64,000 bases of DNA from the NCBI GenBank assembly GCA_951406725.2, contig OX597839.1:23188001-23252000 (forward strand), given 5' to 3'. The notes beneath the pieces were generated by a model. It did no database searches and was not told where the DNA came from. It was given only the letters and a program-made list of their open reading frames with translations. Each line of letters starts with the position of its first letter. Position 1 is the stretch's first letter. Positions 26,308-39,828 of this stretch are shown here, piece by piece. The stretch comes from Octopus vulgaris (taxonomy: Eukaryota). The position numbers and the translations under genes were made by a program.

Positions 26308-26684
26308 TTTGACTGAAACAAGTAAGCTGGAGAGCTGTGTCAGGTTCCAGTCTCATTTGGTGTGGTTTCTACAGCTGGTTGCCTTTCCTAATGCCAACCA
26401 CTCCAAGAGTGTAATAGGTTCTTTTTACGTGCCACACCGGTATTGGCCACAAATCTTCTCAAGTACAGCTTATCACCAAAGGTCTTGGTCACTTGTCATT
26501 GTCTTCATGTGGCCCAACATTCGAAGATCATGCTTCACCACCTCGTCCCATGTCTTCCTGGGGTCTACTTCTTCAACAGGTTCTCTCCACAGTTAGAGCT
26601 GTCTTCACCAGATAACCATAACAACGCTGTCATCTCTGTTGCACCCTGCTTCTAATTGCCAAATTTTTCTCTCAAGATGCTTAC

Positions 26685-27060
26685 ATCATCATCATCATCA
26701 TCATCGTTTAACGTCCGTTCTCCATGCTAGCATGGGTTGGACGGTTCGACCAGGGATCTGGGAAGCCAGAAGGCTGCACCAGGCTCCAGTCTTATCTGGC
26801 AATGTTTCTACAGCTGGATGCCCTTCCTAACGCCAACCACTCCGTGAGTGTAGTGATTGCTTTTTACGTGCCACTTGCACAGGTGCCAGGCGAGGCTGCC
26901 AACGGCCACAGTCGGATTGGTGCCACCGGCACGGAAGCCAGTCGAGGCGGCGCTGGCATCAGCCACGAGTCGGATAGTACTTTTTACGTACCACCAGACC
27001 AGGGATCCTGGCTGGTTCAATTCGATTTCGATTTCGCTTGCCCCAACATGTCTTCGCAAG
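26685..27060 (-). mobile_element. Young RTE 3' fragment nested in the old RTE
   Basis: Near-identical to 35348-35731. Confidence 0.8.
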
Positions 27061-27352
27061 CAACAATTACGCACTGTCATATATACACACTGACATTGCA
27101 CATCCAGCAAAGCATACAAACTTCATTTCTTTCAAACCTATGCATGTTCTCGGTGGTCACAGCCGGTGTTTCACTGCCATGTAGCATAGCTGTTCACACA
27201 CAAGCATCATACAGTCTACTTTTCACTCTGAGCAAGAGGCCCTTTGTTACCAGCAGAAGTAGGAGCTCCCTGAACTTTGCCCAGCTTATTCTTGTTCTAA
27301 CACCTCTGCTCTCAGAAACATCCATCTCCACTACTGACTTGGTCACCTAAAT

Positions 27353-27661
27353 TAGTGGCTCCCATAGTGAGCGGTATTGCTCCCTGGGGGCAGTGGAAAG
27401 TTCCAAAGGAGCACTGAAGAAAATTGAGGTGATAATGGGGTAGTGATTCATGTAATATTGGGGCAATGACGGGGTAACAATTCATGTAAAAACAAACAAA
27501 ATAATGGGTTCATTAGGTTAAGTTTTATTTGTTAAAATGCAGTTGCTTTGAATTTGCTTCAGAAAGAGGTCTATGCTTGTGATGGTTTGTTGGAGTGGGG
27601 GTGCTAGGAATGTAGCCTGGGTGTCAAGGGGGTAGCAGCCCCAAAAAGTATGGAGGCACTA
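27353..27661. mobile_element. hAT-like MITE with 8-bp TSD
   Basis: TIRs TAGTGGCTCCCA / TGGAGGCACTA; flanks ACCTAAAT / ACCTAGAT; interrupts the RTE coding remnant. Confidence 0.65.
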
Positions 27662-28337
27662 ACCTAGATGACGGAAGCTATCGACTGCCTCGCTTACTCT
27701 GCTGGCAGTTGATGGGGTCTATCTTGGGTGTTTATTGTACCTGTGCACCTTCCGCACACAAAGACCATTTTCCCAGTTAACCTTTCCTTGATATTGTTGC
27801 ACCTCTTACGTGTTCATAGCTTACACCAGGTACATTTTATGGAGTTTCTACCTACACCTTTTCTGCAGATCAAGCAGGGCCATAAACCTGAAAAGATTGT
27901 GATTTGTCAGCTTTCCTACATACAAAGACTTTGGTTTTTGCAAGATTAATTCTAAGGCCCTTTGATTCTAGACCTTGCTTCCACACCTGAAACTTCTCTA
28001 ATTCTGGAAGTGATTCGACTATGAGAACAAAGTCATCAGGATAGAGCAGTTCCCTATCTTAAATTCCTCTGTTATTACCTGGATGACTATGATGAACAAG
28101 AATGGGCTGAGGACTGATCCCTAATGAACCCCTACTTATACCCTGAATTAATCACTATACTTATTGCCAACCCTCACCTTACTGACAACCCTCACTTTAC
28201 ACATCAACCACTCATCTATCCCTAGTTCCTGCATTGACCACCAGATAAGGGAGTGAGAGACTTTGTCAAAGGCTTTTTCCATGTCGACAATAGCCAAGTA
28301 CAGAAGTTTATTTTTGGTAAGGAATTTCTGCTGCCAT

Positions 28338-28520
28338 GAAGGAGGCAGACACTTGAAACCAATGATTTTATCTCAGAAGAAACATTAACTCTATGTGAAG
28401 TCCTTCAAAGAACTACGCTAGAACCACTGCTGTTTGTGGTAGCTCTCTCAGGCATACCCTCAGTCATACAGTCAGCCACTCATGCCAGATCCACTGATGA
28501 CATAAAAGAGGCAATAAGCA
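28338..28520 (+). pseudogene. Highly degenerate CR1/L2-like RT fragment
   Basis: Translation EVLQRTTLEPLLFVVALSGIPSVIQSATHARSTDDIK resembles the GVPQGTVLGPLLF...YADDTK motifs. Confidence 0.5.
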
Positions 28521-28941
28521 ATCAAAGACCTTGATGGTAATGCCAAAGAACAGGTGAGGCTGGAAATACAATAAATAGGCTAAAGCAAGCAATGTGCAAG
28601 AACACTGCAGTTCGTTCTGCAAGACATCCTGAAATACCGATTTTTCCATCTTTGATCGCATTGTTTACTTAGACGTATTTGCGACACAGGAAACGTTGTT
28701 GACTTTCAGTGCTGGCTCTAATTGTTATAGAATACCTTTAGAGTTAACTTTAAAAAGTCTGCACAGGTGTGGCAGTGCAGTAAGAAGCTTGCTTCCAACC
28801 ACATGGTTTCAGGCTCAGTCCCACTACATAGCACCTTGGCCAAGTGTTTTCTACTATAGCTTCAGGCTGACCAAAGCTTTGTGAGTTGATTTGGTAAATG
28901 GAAACTGAAAGAAGCCTGTCGTGTATATATATATATATATA

Positions 28942-29017
<76 letters not shown>

Positions 29018-29960
29018 GTTATTTATGTCTGTGTTTGTCCACAGTCATTTGAGGAATTCCAACACTGCTATGCCATAAATAATCTTTTCTACTACAGGCA
29101 CAAGGCCCAAAATTTTTGGGGGGATGGTCAGTCGATTAGATAGACCCAGTATACAAATGGTACTTAATTTATCGACCCTGAAAGGATGAAAGGCAAAGTC
29201 GACCTCAGCAGAATTTGAACTCAGAACGTACAGACAGACGAAATACCGCTAAGCATTTCGCCCAGCATGCTAACGTTTCTGCCAGCTCACTGCCTTGCTT
29301 TACCATAAATATTATCTCAAAGCTACAAAAGAACAACAAGAAGAAGCTAAAAGGACTGGAACTCTGTTTCCTGGAATGAAAACATGAAAGATATTACAGT
29401 AACACATATACGGAAGATTCTAGAGGATCTAGCATACAACTTTGGGACTAAATGCTGTACTAATCTCTAAACTAGATACCACTGCATAGCGCCAAAGTTT
29501 CCACCTTCCCCATCCAGAGTCTGGACCCAATAATCTGAATAGGGAAGGTGGGACCGTAACAGCTTAGGGTTCAAAGGCTCACAGCATTCCAATGCATTGC
29601 CTAAGAGATCTACATGGAGTGGGTGCAGATGTATTTAAAATCACTTAGAAATCTTTTCATCTGAGATCCCAGATAAACCGATATCTTAGTAAGGAACACA
29701 AATGAAGGCAGTGATATCCAGCTAACAAATTCTCCAAAAACCAACCAAAGAGAGAGAGAGAGAGATCGCTGCATAAATAAATTCAAAGTAGCATTAATGC
29801 CGGTGCTCCAGCATGGCCACAGCCAACAAGCTGGAACAGGTAAAAGAGAGAGTATGTGTATCATCATCATCATCATTTCATGTCTGTTGTCCATGCTGGC
29901 ATGATATATATATATATATATAGTACGTTTATTGGCTAAATTGGCAATATGACCATTCCG

Positions 29961-29992
<32 letters not shown>

Positions 29993-30058
29993 GTATATAT
30001 ATATGTATATATATATATGTGTATATATATATCATTTAATGTCTATTGTCCATACTGG

Positions 30059-30111
<53 letters not shown>

Positions 30112-30199
30112 TTTTCTGTTCATCAGTGTATTTAGTATATGTTCATATGTTTATTTTCTACACATTTTTAAAATTATAAATATATATATATACATATAT

Positions 30200-30710
30200 A
30201 TACATATATATGGCCTCAGTCCACTTATGCATACCTTTCGTTCTTGGGACACAAAACTCTACTTGTGAAGACCTGTTGAGGCAAGTGAAAATCAAAATCA
30301 AAATCAAAATTGATCAACATCAATGGAAATTGTAACTGCGATACCAGTGCCGGTGGCACATAAGAGAACCATCTAAACGTGGCCGTTGCCAGCGCCGCCC
30401 CAACTGGCCTCCGTGCCAGTGGTACGTAAAAAGCACCATCCGATCGTGGCCGTTTGCCAGCCGCACCTGGCCTCCATGCCGGTGGCACATGTAAAAAGCA
30501 CCATCCGATCGTGGCCGTTTGCCAGCCTCGTCTGGCACGTAAAAAGCACCCACTACACTCACGGAGTGGTTGGCGTTAGGAAGGGCATCCAGCCGTAGAA
30601 ACATTGCCAGATCAGACTGGGCCTGGTGCAGCCTTCTGGCTTCCCAGACCGCAGTTGAACTGTCCAACCCATGCCAGCATGGAAAGCGGATGCTAAACGA
30701 TGATGATGAT
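30200..30710 (+). mobile_element. RTE 3' fragment (end of ORF plus 3'UTR with tandem units)
   Basis: Same units and tail as 59.1-59.9 kb. Confidence 0.8.
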
Positions 30711-31047
30711 ATATAGGTATGTCATATTTTCCATTGTATTTTTATTTAATCCTGAAAATATTATTTGTGTAATGCATGCACTCATTAATATTTTACCCAT
30801 TCCTAGAAATATTCATAGAATATATATATATATATATTTTGTTTCCTGTAAATTCAAATTATATATATATATATGTATATATAATTTGAATTTACAGGAA
30901 ACAAAAGACGAAGACAAATTTAGGAGCAACAAGCCGGTGAATTAATTTGACAATCGGTAAGAATGGAAAAGCTTTTGACATTCCAAGTCTATGCTCTTCG
31001 ACAGAAAGAATTGAGAGGAAAGCAAACAAAGAGAGAATGAAAACAAC

Positions 31048-31089
<42 letters not shown>

Positions 31090-31155
31090 ATAAAACGGTA
31101 AGATAACAAAAGAAAGAAAGAGACCTCAATATTATGCAAATAGAGGAAATTTATC

Positions 31156-31389
31156 TATACAATAATATGTTACATTACTCGATAGTCAAGATAAAACTCT
31201 GAGTTTCAGATGCCGAAGTGGAAATCCACAACACCATCTCTTCGGTTATCTGGCTATTTGAAAATGCTATCGTTTGAAAACACTAGCGTTTTCAAATAGC
31301 CAGATAACCGAAGAGATGGTGTTGTGGATTTCCACTTCGGCATCTGAAACTCAGAGTTTTATCTTGACTATCGAGTAATGTAACATATT

Positions 31390-31397
<8 letters not shown>
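31156..31397. repeat. Near-perfect inverted repeat (~113-bp arms, ~14-nt loop) carrying a hammerhead-like motif in each arm
   Basis: Arms are reverse complements; the plus-strand motif at 31302-31364 reads AGATAA-CCGAAGA-GATG...CATC-T-GAAA-CTCAGAG-TT-TTATCT. Confidence 0.85.
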
Positions 31398-31420
<23 letters not shown>

Positions 31421-32113
31421 GCTAAGAAGAGGTGCACAGTACCAGAAATTATGACCTCAGTCAAGTGTGGTAAACGAAATCCTTGTTAGAGTATCTGCCA
31501 AAATGGAATCCAAACCAGTTGGTCTGTATTGGCATTGAGTCATATTAGTTGTGATAATGAAGTCAAAGCAAAAAGTGATATTTTGAAATCATTTAACATG
31601 TATATTATGTATGCATCATCATCATCATCATCATCGTCATTTAACATCCGTTGTCCATGCTGGCATTGGTTGGACGATTTGACCAGAGCTGTCAAGCAGG
31701 AAGGCTACACCAGACACCAGTCTGATTTGGCATGGTTTCCTACAGCTGGATGCCCTTCCTAACACCAACCACTCTGCAGAGTGTAATGGGTGCTTTTATG
31801 TGTCACTGGCACAAGTGGAATTTGTGTGACACCAGTATGTGCCACAACTGTGGTTTTACTTGGCTTGACGGGTCTTCTCAAGTAGGACATAATGCCAAAT
31901 GGACTCGGCCATTGCCTCTATGAGGCCCAACACTTGAAGACTGGTATAATGCTAAATGGTCTTGGTCCTTGCCTCTATGAGGCCTAACACTCAATAGGTG
32001 CCTTTATGTACCACTGGCACAGGTGCAATTTCCGTGACACTGGTATCTACCAAGAAAACCTGAATGGTACATATCAAATGATTTCAAAATATTACCATCT
32101 GGTTTAACTTCAC

Positions 32114-32170
<57 letters not shown>

Positions 32171-32574
32171 CAAACCAAAATAATTTGTGTGTATATGTAT
32201 ATAATTGTGTAGAATAGTATAGTTTTCATGAAACAGTATCTCATATATAAATGTTTTTAATTATATTGTTTTTAAAGCCAAAACAATGCAATTTATAAAA
32301 CGGAAATAAGCTTTATGGAGAAAAGTTGGTATTCACTAAGTTTTCTTTCCTGGATACCAACAGTTCCTGAAGAAGATGTCCTAACCCCAAAATATTGACA
32401 TATCAGGTAGAACTATCAACCTACTTTATTTTCATGAACTGCATTGTTTTGGCTTTTCAAAAATAAAATATAATTGCAAACATTTATATATAATTGTGTG
32501 TTCATGTATACATGATCTGTATCTATGTGTCTATATCTTTATAGATAAATATAAAGTAAATATGGGTGTAAGTG

Positions 32575-32615
<41 letters not shown>

Positions 32616-32792
32616 TAAACATACATACACACATACATTATGTGTGTGTGTATATATCAGAATATCTCATCATAATACATCATATTGCAGCACAATACAT
32701 ACATTATTACATTAACATACATTTATATATCAGATACAGGTACTTACTATATTGCTAAGAAAGCTGTAATAATATAAAACACATATGCTTCC

Positions 32793-32824
<32 letters not shown>

Positions 32825-33355
32825 ATGTGTGTATATATATTAAAATGATACAACATCAACATTATTGAAGTAGAATGCTACACCAAAGTGAAGATAATAT
32901 AAGATATGAAATAAAAAAATTGCTGAAGAGTTATATACCCAAGTGGCGAGTGTATATAAATTTGGTTTGTTGAGGTAATCAGTGAATCTATCGGGTTAAC
33001 AATGTTTCATTCATTGGGAAGCAAGGCATGTTGATCCAGAAGGTAAAAAGATCCAATAACTTTGGTTGCTTCACCGAGAAAATAATAGAGAATTATGGGA
33101 AAAAAAAATTCTTCTTCACTTACCTCAATCCTTTTTTCTTTTGTGTGTGGAGATCTGTTGGTAAAGACCAAAATATTGGGGGTGGGGGAGATGGCGGAGG
33201 AGGAGGCTGAGGTGGGGGGTGATGCTGTGATAAAAGGAAACGGCTGCAGAACCTGACAGAAATAGAAGAAAAAGATGGATTAACAAACAGTTATTTCACA
33301 TTCCTATACAGATTATACACACACATACACACATGCTCACATACATGTATGAATG

Positions 33356-33395
<40 letters not shown>

Positions 33396-33849
33396 AGTGT
33401 GTATATATGTGTATCTGTGTTTATATATACATATATGTATGGATGTATATATATATTTATATATGTACATTCATGAATGTATGTGTATATAGATATATAT
33501 GCATATATATGTGTGTGTGTGTATGTATATGCATTATTCATATATATATATATATACATACATACACATACGTGTGTGTGTTCATATGTGTGAGCATTTA
33601 TATATGTTTATGTGTATGTATGTATGTGCATGAGTGTGTGTGTGTGTTGTGTGTGTGTGTGTGCGTATTCACATGCATATATATATATACAGTTTCCCAA
33701 ATGGTAAATGAATTCATTCACAAGGCCACACGCACACACACACACACACACATAAACGCACGCACACACACACACGCATAAACAAACACACACACACACA
33801 CACGCATAAACACACACACACACACACGCATAAACGCGAGCACACGCAT

Positions 33850-33891
<42 letters not shown>

Positions 33892-34254
33892 CACGGAGGC
33901 GGTGGGGGATGGTGGTGGTGGGGGGTGGTTGGTGGATGGCTGTAAACTCTGATTATTATATTGTTTCACCCAAGTACTTCTTACCCCAAGTGAAAAGTAA
34001 GAGATAAGCTGGAGGCTGCCTATCTCATTTTAATCAAGCCCTGTCTCTGACTGACACACTTCACCGCACGCGCGCGCACACACACACACACACATACACA
34101 CACACATACACATGGAGCAGAGAGAGAGAGAGAGAGAGACATGTATTTGTCCAAGGTGGATGCCTGGAGCTAAGAAGGCTGAATATTATCAGTAAACATA
34201 CTTTTTAGGTTTGGCTGTCAGCTGTGCAGGGTGTGGATGGAGATTAGAGAGAGT

Positions 34255-34735
34255 GTGTGGGTGTGTGTGTAGATTTTTGTATGTGTGTGTGTATAGTTTT
34301 GTGTGTGTGTGTGTGTAGTTTTGTGTGTGTGTGTGTTGTGTGTGTGTGTGTGTGTGTGTGTGTAGTTTTGTGTGTGTGTGTGTGTGTGTTTTGTGTGTGT
34401 GTGTGTGTAGTTTTGTGTGTGTGTGTGTAGTTTTGTGTGTGTGTGTGTGTGTAGTTTTGTGTGTGTTTGTGTGTGTGTGTTTTGTGTGTGTGTGTGTAGT
34501 TTTGTGTGTGTGTGTGTAGTTTTGTGTGTGTGTGTGTAGTTTTGTGTGTGTGTGTGTGTAGTTGTGTGTGTGTGTGTGTGTGTAGTTTTGTGTGTGTGTG
34601 TGTGTGTAGTTTTGTGTGTGTGTGTGTGTGTAGTTTTGTGTGTGTGTGTGTGTGTGTGTGTAGTTTTGTGTGTGTGTGTAGTTTTGTGTGTGTGTGTGTG
34701 TAGTTTTGTGTGTGTGTGTGTGTGTGTAGTTGTAT
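34255..34735. repeat. Higher-order (GT)n array punctuated by AGTTTT
   Basis: Directly visible. Confidence 0.9.
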
Positions 34736-35196
34736 GTGCATGTGTACACGTGTGCGTGAATGTATGCAGTTGTGTGTATGCATGTATGTATGCAGGTGTG
34801 TGTGCGTATGCATGTGTGTAGTTCTGAGAGTATGTAATTGTGTATGCATGTAGCTGTGTGCGTATGTGTTAAATATGTATGTATGCAGTTCTTTTATTTG
34901 CTTGTTTCAGACATCTGACTGTGGCCATGCTGGAGCACCACCTTTAGTCACAACAAATCGACCCGAGGACTTATTCTTTGTAAGCCTAGTACTTACTCTA
35001 TCGATCCCTTTTGCCAAACTGCTAAGTTGTGGGGACATAAACACACCAGCATTGGTTGTCAAGCGAAGGTGAGGGGACAAACACAGACACACAAAAATAT
35101 ATATATATATATAAATATATGTAGGTCCCGGGTTGAGTCAGGGTTAACCACAGTAAATAAGGTACTCAATACATAGCAGAGTAAATTAATTTATTT

Positions 35197-35308
35197 TATA
35201 GAAGGAGCTTCTACAGGACTAGAACTGTTTCATTCAAAAGAAATCATCAGGAAGCTTCCTGATGATTTCTTTTGAATGAAACAGTTCTAGTCCTGTAGAA
35301 GCTCCTTC

Positions 35309-35312
<4 letters not shown>
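35197..35312. repeat. Perfect 116-bp palindrome encoding a hammerhead motif on both strands
   Basis: Centre GAAG|CTTC at 35254/35255; hammerhead motif at 35253-35303 on the plus strand. Confidence 0.9.
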
Positions 35313-35347
<35 letters not shown>

Positions 35348-35349
<2 letters not shown>

Positions 35350-35731
35350 CGAAGACATGTTGGGGCAAGCGAAATCGAAATCGAATTGAACCAGCCAGGA
35401 TCCCTGGTCTGGTGGTACGTAAAAAGCACCATCCGACTCGTGGCCGATGCCAGCACCGCCTCGTCTGGCTTCCGTGCCGGTGGCACATAAAATACACCAA
35501 TCCGACCATGGCCGTTGCCAGCCTCGCCTGGCACCTGTGCAGGTGGCACGTAAAAAGCACCCACTACACTCACGGAGTGGTTGGCGTTAGGAAGGGCATC
35601 CAGCTGTAGAAACACTGCCAGATAAGACTGGAGCCTGGTGCAGCCTTCTGGCTTCCCAGATCCCCGGTCGAACCGTCCAACCCATGCTAGCATGGAGAAC
35701 GGACGTTAAACGACGATGATGATGATGATGA
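35348..35731 (+). mobile_element. RTE 3' fragment
   Basis: Tandem units, GGAAGGGCATCCAG motif, CCATGCTAGCATGG hairpin, (GAT)n tail. Confidence 0.85.
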
Positions 35732-35967
35732 TATATATATATATATATATATATACATACGGCAGGCTTCTTTCAGTTTCCACCTACCAAATTCACTCAT
35801 AAGGCTTTGGTCGGCCCAAGGCAATAGTAGAAGACACTTGCCCAAGGTACCACACAGTGGAACTGAACCTGGGACCATGTGGTTGATAAGCAAGCTACTT
35901 ACCACACAGCCACATGTAATTGTGTGTGTGTGTGTGTGTGTGTGTTGTAGAATAATTGTTGAATAAT

Positions 35968-37000
35968 GAAGGCATGTGAGTTCGTGGTTATTTGGCTCAT
36001 GTTTCTTGAGAACGAATTGTGTCCTTGAGCAAGTCACTTTATTTCACTTTATTACTCCAGTCCACTCAGCTGGCAGAAATGAGTTGTACCTGTAATTCCA
36101 AAGGGGCCAGCCTTGTCACATTCTGTGTGTCATGCTGAATCTTCCCGAGAACTACATTAGGGGTACATTTGTCTGTGGAGTACTCAGCCACTTGCATGTT
36201 AATTTCACGAGCAGGCTGTTCAGGTGATCGAATCAACTGAAACTCTCATCATCATCATAACCAATGGAATGCCAGGTTTTTTGTGAAGGTAGATGGCTTT
36301 GTGGTTAAGGATCATGATCGAAAGGTCATGAGTTCAATTCCCAGCAGCCCATTGTGGCCTTGAGCAAAACACTTTATTTCGCATTACTCCAGCCCCCTCA
36401 CCTGGCAAAAACAAGTAGTACCAGTAATTCAAAAGGGGCCAGCCTTGTCACATTCGGTGTCACACTGAATCTTCCTGAGATCTACATTAAGGGTACACAT
36501 GTAGATTTAGGCGCAGGAGGGGCTGTGTGGTAAGTAGCTTGCTAACCAACCACATGGTTCCGGGTTCAGTCCCACTGCGTGGCATCTTGGGCAAGTGTCT
36601 TCTGCTATAGCCTCGGGCCGACCAATGCCTTGTGAGTGGATTTGGTAGATGGAAACTGAAAGAAGCCTGTCGTATATATGTATATATATATGTGTGTGTA
36701 TGTGTTTGTGTGTCTGTGTTTGTCCCCCTAGCATTGCTTGACAAACGATGCTGGTGTGTTTATGTCCCCGTCACTTAGCGGTTCGGCAAAAGAGACAGAT
36801 AGAATAAGTACTGGGCTTACAAAGAATAAGTCCCGGGGTCGATTTGCTCGACTAAAGGCGGTGCTCCAGCAAGGCCGCAGTCAAATGACTGAAACAAGTA
36901 AAAGAGAAAAAGAGAAAAGAGTATGTCTGTGGAGTCCTCAGCCACTTACACGTTAATTTCACAAGCAGGCTGTTCCATTGATTGGATCAACTGGGACCCT
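35968..37000 (+). mobile_element. Two tandem chimeric SINEs (family H core plus family B tail); the second is interrupted by SINE A at ~36509-36922
   Basis: Core CCTTGAGCAA..CACTTTATTTC, then the tail shared with 12625-12820. Confidence 0.7.
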
Positions 37001-37076
37001 CATCATTATCATCATCATCATCATCATCATCATAACCACTGGAGTGCAAACATGGATGTGTTTGTATGTTTGGTGT

Positions 37077-37305
37077 TTAACCCTTTAGTGTTTAAACCAG
37101 CCATATCCGGCCCAATATATTCTACATATTTTATATTCAAACTGGCCATATCTAGCCTCTCACACCTAACCTACAATGCCATTCTAAAAATAAACAATCA
37201 CATCATTGAAACCTCAAAGCTATAAGATAATGCATGATTAATTAAAAACAATTTGAGTGGAAAAGTATTACATTTAACAGAGTAATCTGAACACTAAAGG
37301 GTTAA
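37077..37305. mobile_element. TTAA-flanked piggyBac-like MITE
   Basis: TTAA|CCCTTTAGTGTT...AACACTAAAGGG|TTAA. Confidence 0.8.
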
Positions 37306-37328
37306 ACTCAATGCATTCATCTGTTACT

Positions 37329-37371
<43 letters not shown>

Positions 37372-37964
37372 TTACGTTTATGTGTGGGGGCTTATTTGCA
37401 TGTGCAGGTGTGAGTAGTTGCTAATGCGTATGAATAAACGCTTACTCTGTGTATGTATGTTTATTATTAGGTGTTCATGTTGTGTATATGTGTATTTATT
37501 TGTGTGTGTGTGTGTGTGTGTGCGCGTGCACAGCCTTGTATGACTGACCATGTTTACATGTCTATATACTTCAGAACATTTTTGCGGACATGCAATTATA
37601 TTTATGTTTACATCATGTTTGCATGTGTGTGTGTATGTGTGGGTGTGTGTGTGGTGTGTGCACGCGTGTATTCTTATGTCAGTGTGTATTTGTGTGTAAG
37701 TAATTATATATATGTGTGTATGTGTGTGTATGCATGTGTAACAACGAGTATATATGTTTGACTAAATCTAATTATCAACATCTCTTATCTTTATGTAATT
37801 TCCCTCAGAACATGAATATACAGTGTGAGTGTGTGTGTGTGTGTCTGTCTGTCTGTCAGTGAGTGGTATATGTGAGATTGTATGCTTCACATAGATATAC
37901 CTGTCTATAGGAACATTAATATTATTTAAGAAATACAGACATTTGCTATATGTAAGCCATAGAG

Positions 37965-38093
37965 TATAGATAGACAGATAGATAGATAGATAGATAGATA
38001 GAGAGACAGATGATAGATATATAGATAGATAGAGAGACAGATGATAGATAGATAGACAGATAGATAGATAGATAGATAGATAGAGAGACAGAT

Positions 38094-38141
<48 letters not shown>

Positions 38142-38156
38142 TAGAGAGAGACAGAT

Positions 38157-38225
<69 letters not shown>
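37965..38225. repeat. (GATA)n/(GACA)n microsatellite
   Basis: Directly visible. Confidence 0.95.
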
Positions 38226-38226
<1 letters not shown>

Positions 38227-39043
38227 AGGGAGAGGATATGTGGAGTTTTCATGAAGATGACTCAAGCTAATAGGTATGCATTCTGAGTGCTGAAATAGGT
38301 GTGCCACCAAAATACAGGAAGGGCATCCAGCTGTAGAAACTCTGCCAGACCAGACTGGAGCCTGGTGCAACCTCCTGGCTTGCCAGTCCTCAGTCAAACC
38401 ATCCAACCCATGCCAGCATGGTAAACAGACGTTAATCAATGATGATGATGATGATGATATGTGCATGTGTGTGTGTGTGTGTGTGTGTCTTCATTATCAT
38501 CATCCTTTAACATCCGTTTTCCATGCTGGCATGGGTTGGATGGTACAACTGGAGCTGGAAAGCCAGAGAGCTGCACCAGGCTCCAGTCATTTGCTATGGA
38601 TTGGTTTCTACAGCTGGAAGCTCTTCCTAACACCAACCAATTTACAGTGTGTGCTGGGCTCTTTAAATGTGACACCTAAATATATACATATATATATTGT
38701 TGTGTCTGGGGAGAGTCATTCTCTTTTAATGCCTTATTATTTAACACACTCACGGGTAAAGTGTCCACTCATTTACTTATTTATTTGCAACAGGGACTGA
38801 AGGTGCTATTCAGCACCAGTATTGCTAGAAATAGGAGTCAAAACATCTCATAACCACAATAATACAGTGCGTTGTTTACTGACATGGGAGGCATTATTGT
38901 GGCTGTGAGTTGTTTTGACTCCTATTTCTAGCAATACTGGTGCTAAAAAGTGCCCTCAGTTGCTTCAGTGACATATATATTTTGCCTTTCGGTTGAAAAA
39001 TTGCTAACAAGCCACCCTTACTATATATATATATATATATATA

Positions 39044-39403
39044 CTAGCAGTATCACCCGGCATTGCTCGGGTTTGTAAGGGAAATAACTATAAAGCATCT
39101 TTAGAGAGTTATAGCCAAAAAATAGCAAAAAAAATGGGAAAAAAATAATGGAAAATTTTTTTTGAGAGTTAAAATGTCTGTGGTTTGTGTTTCTGATTCT
39201 CGGCCCCTTGTCGAATTTATCGATTTTTTTCAGAACTGGGGGAACTTTTCAAAATTTTCGCTGCGTTAGTTTTGAATTGTGACATTGGGCTATGTGTGTG
39301 TCAAGTTTCATCAGAATCAGTTGAAAGCCGTGGTCAGGGTGAGGGTACAACCAAACAGACACACAGACACGCAGACAGACAAACTGCCGTTTATATAGGG
39401 AGA
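39044..39403 (-). mobile_element. Non-autonomous Helitron, subfamily A
   Basis: Reverse complement of 11084-11460 with an internal deletion. Confidence 0.8.
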
Positions 39404-39426
39404 TATATATATATATACATATATAT

Positions 39427-39772
39427 CTTTCTCTTTCTCTTTTACTTGTTTCAGTCATTTGACTGCAGCCATGCTGGAGCACCGCCTTTAGTCGAGCAAA
39501 TCGACCCCAGGACTTATTCTTTGTAAGCCCAGTACTTATTCTATCGGTCTCTTTTGCCGAACCGCTAAGTGACGGGGACGTAAACACACCAGCATCGGTT
39601 GTCAAGCAATGCTAGGGGGACAAACACAGACACACAAACATATACACACACATACATATATATATATACATATATATGACAGGCTTCTTTCAGTTTCCGT
39701 CTACCAAATCCACTCACAAGGCATTGGTCGGCCCGGGGCTATAGCAGAAGACACTTGCCCAAGATGCCACGC
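39427..39772 (-). mobile_element. SINE family A (5'-truncated)
   Basis: Matches other copies. Confidence 0.8.
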
Positions 39773-39828
39773 ATATATATATATATATATAAAGAGTGTT
39801 GTAGTTTTCTTGAAGCATTGTAATATCA

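Larger units (their letters stand above)
26027..28335 (-). pseudogene. Old degenerate RTE LINE (RT/PHD/C-terminus/3'UTR) with three nested insertions
   Basis: Minus-strand translations match the 57.7-59.1 kb ORF (SWAKFRELLLLLVTKG...TAMLHGSET; RKTWDEVVKHDLR), with stops and frameshifts. Confidence 0.8.

Noticed and set aside
30838-30907. Short palindrome TTTGTTTCCTGTAAATTCAAATTATA...TATAATTTGAATTTACAGGAAACAAA as a pre-miRNA
   Set aside because: It is the inverted end of the hammerhead-family repeat around a (TA)n tract, with no independent miRNA evidence.
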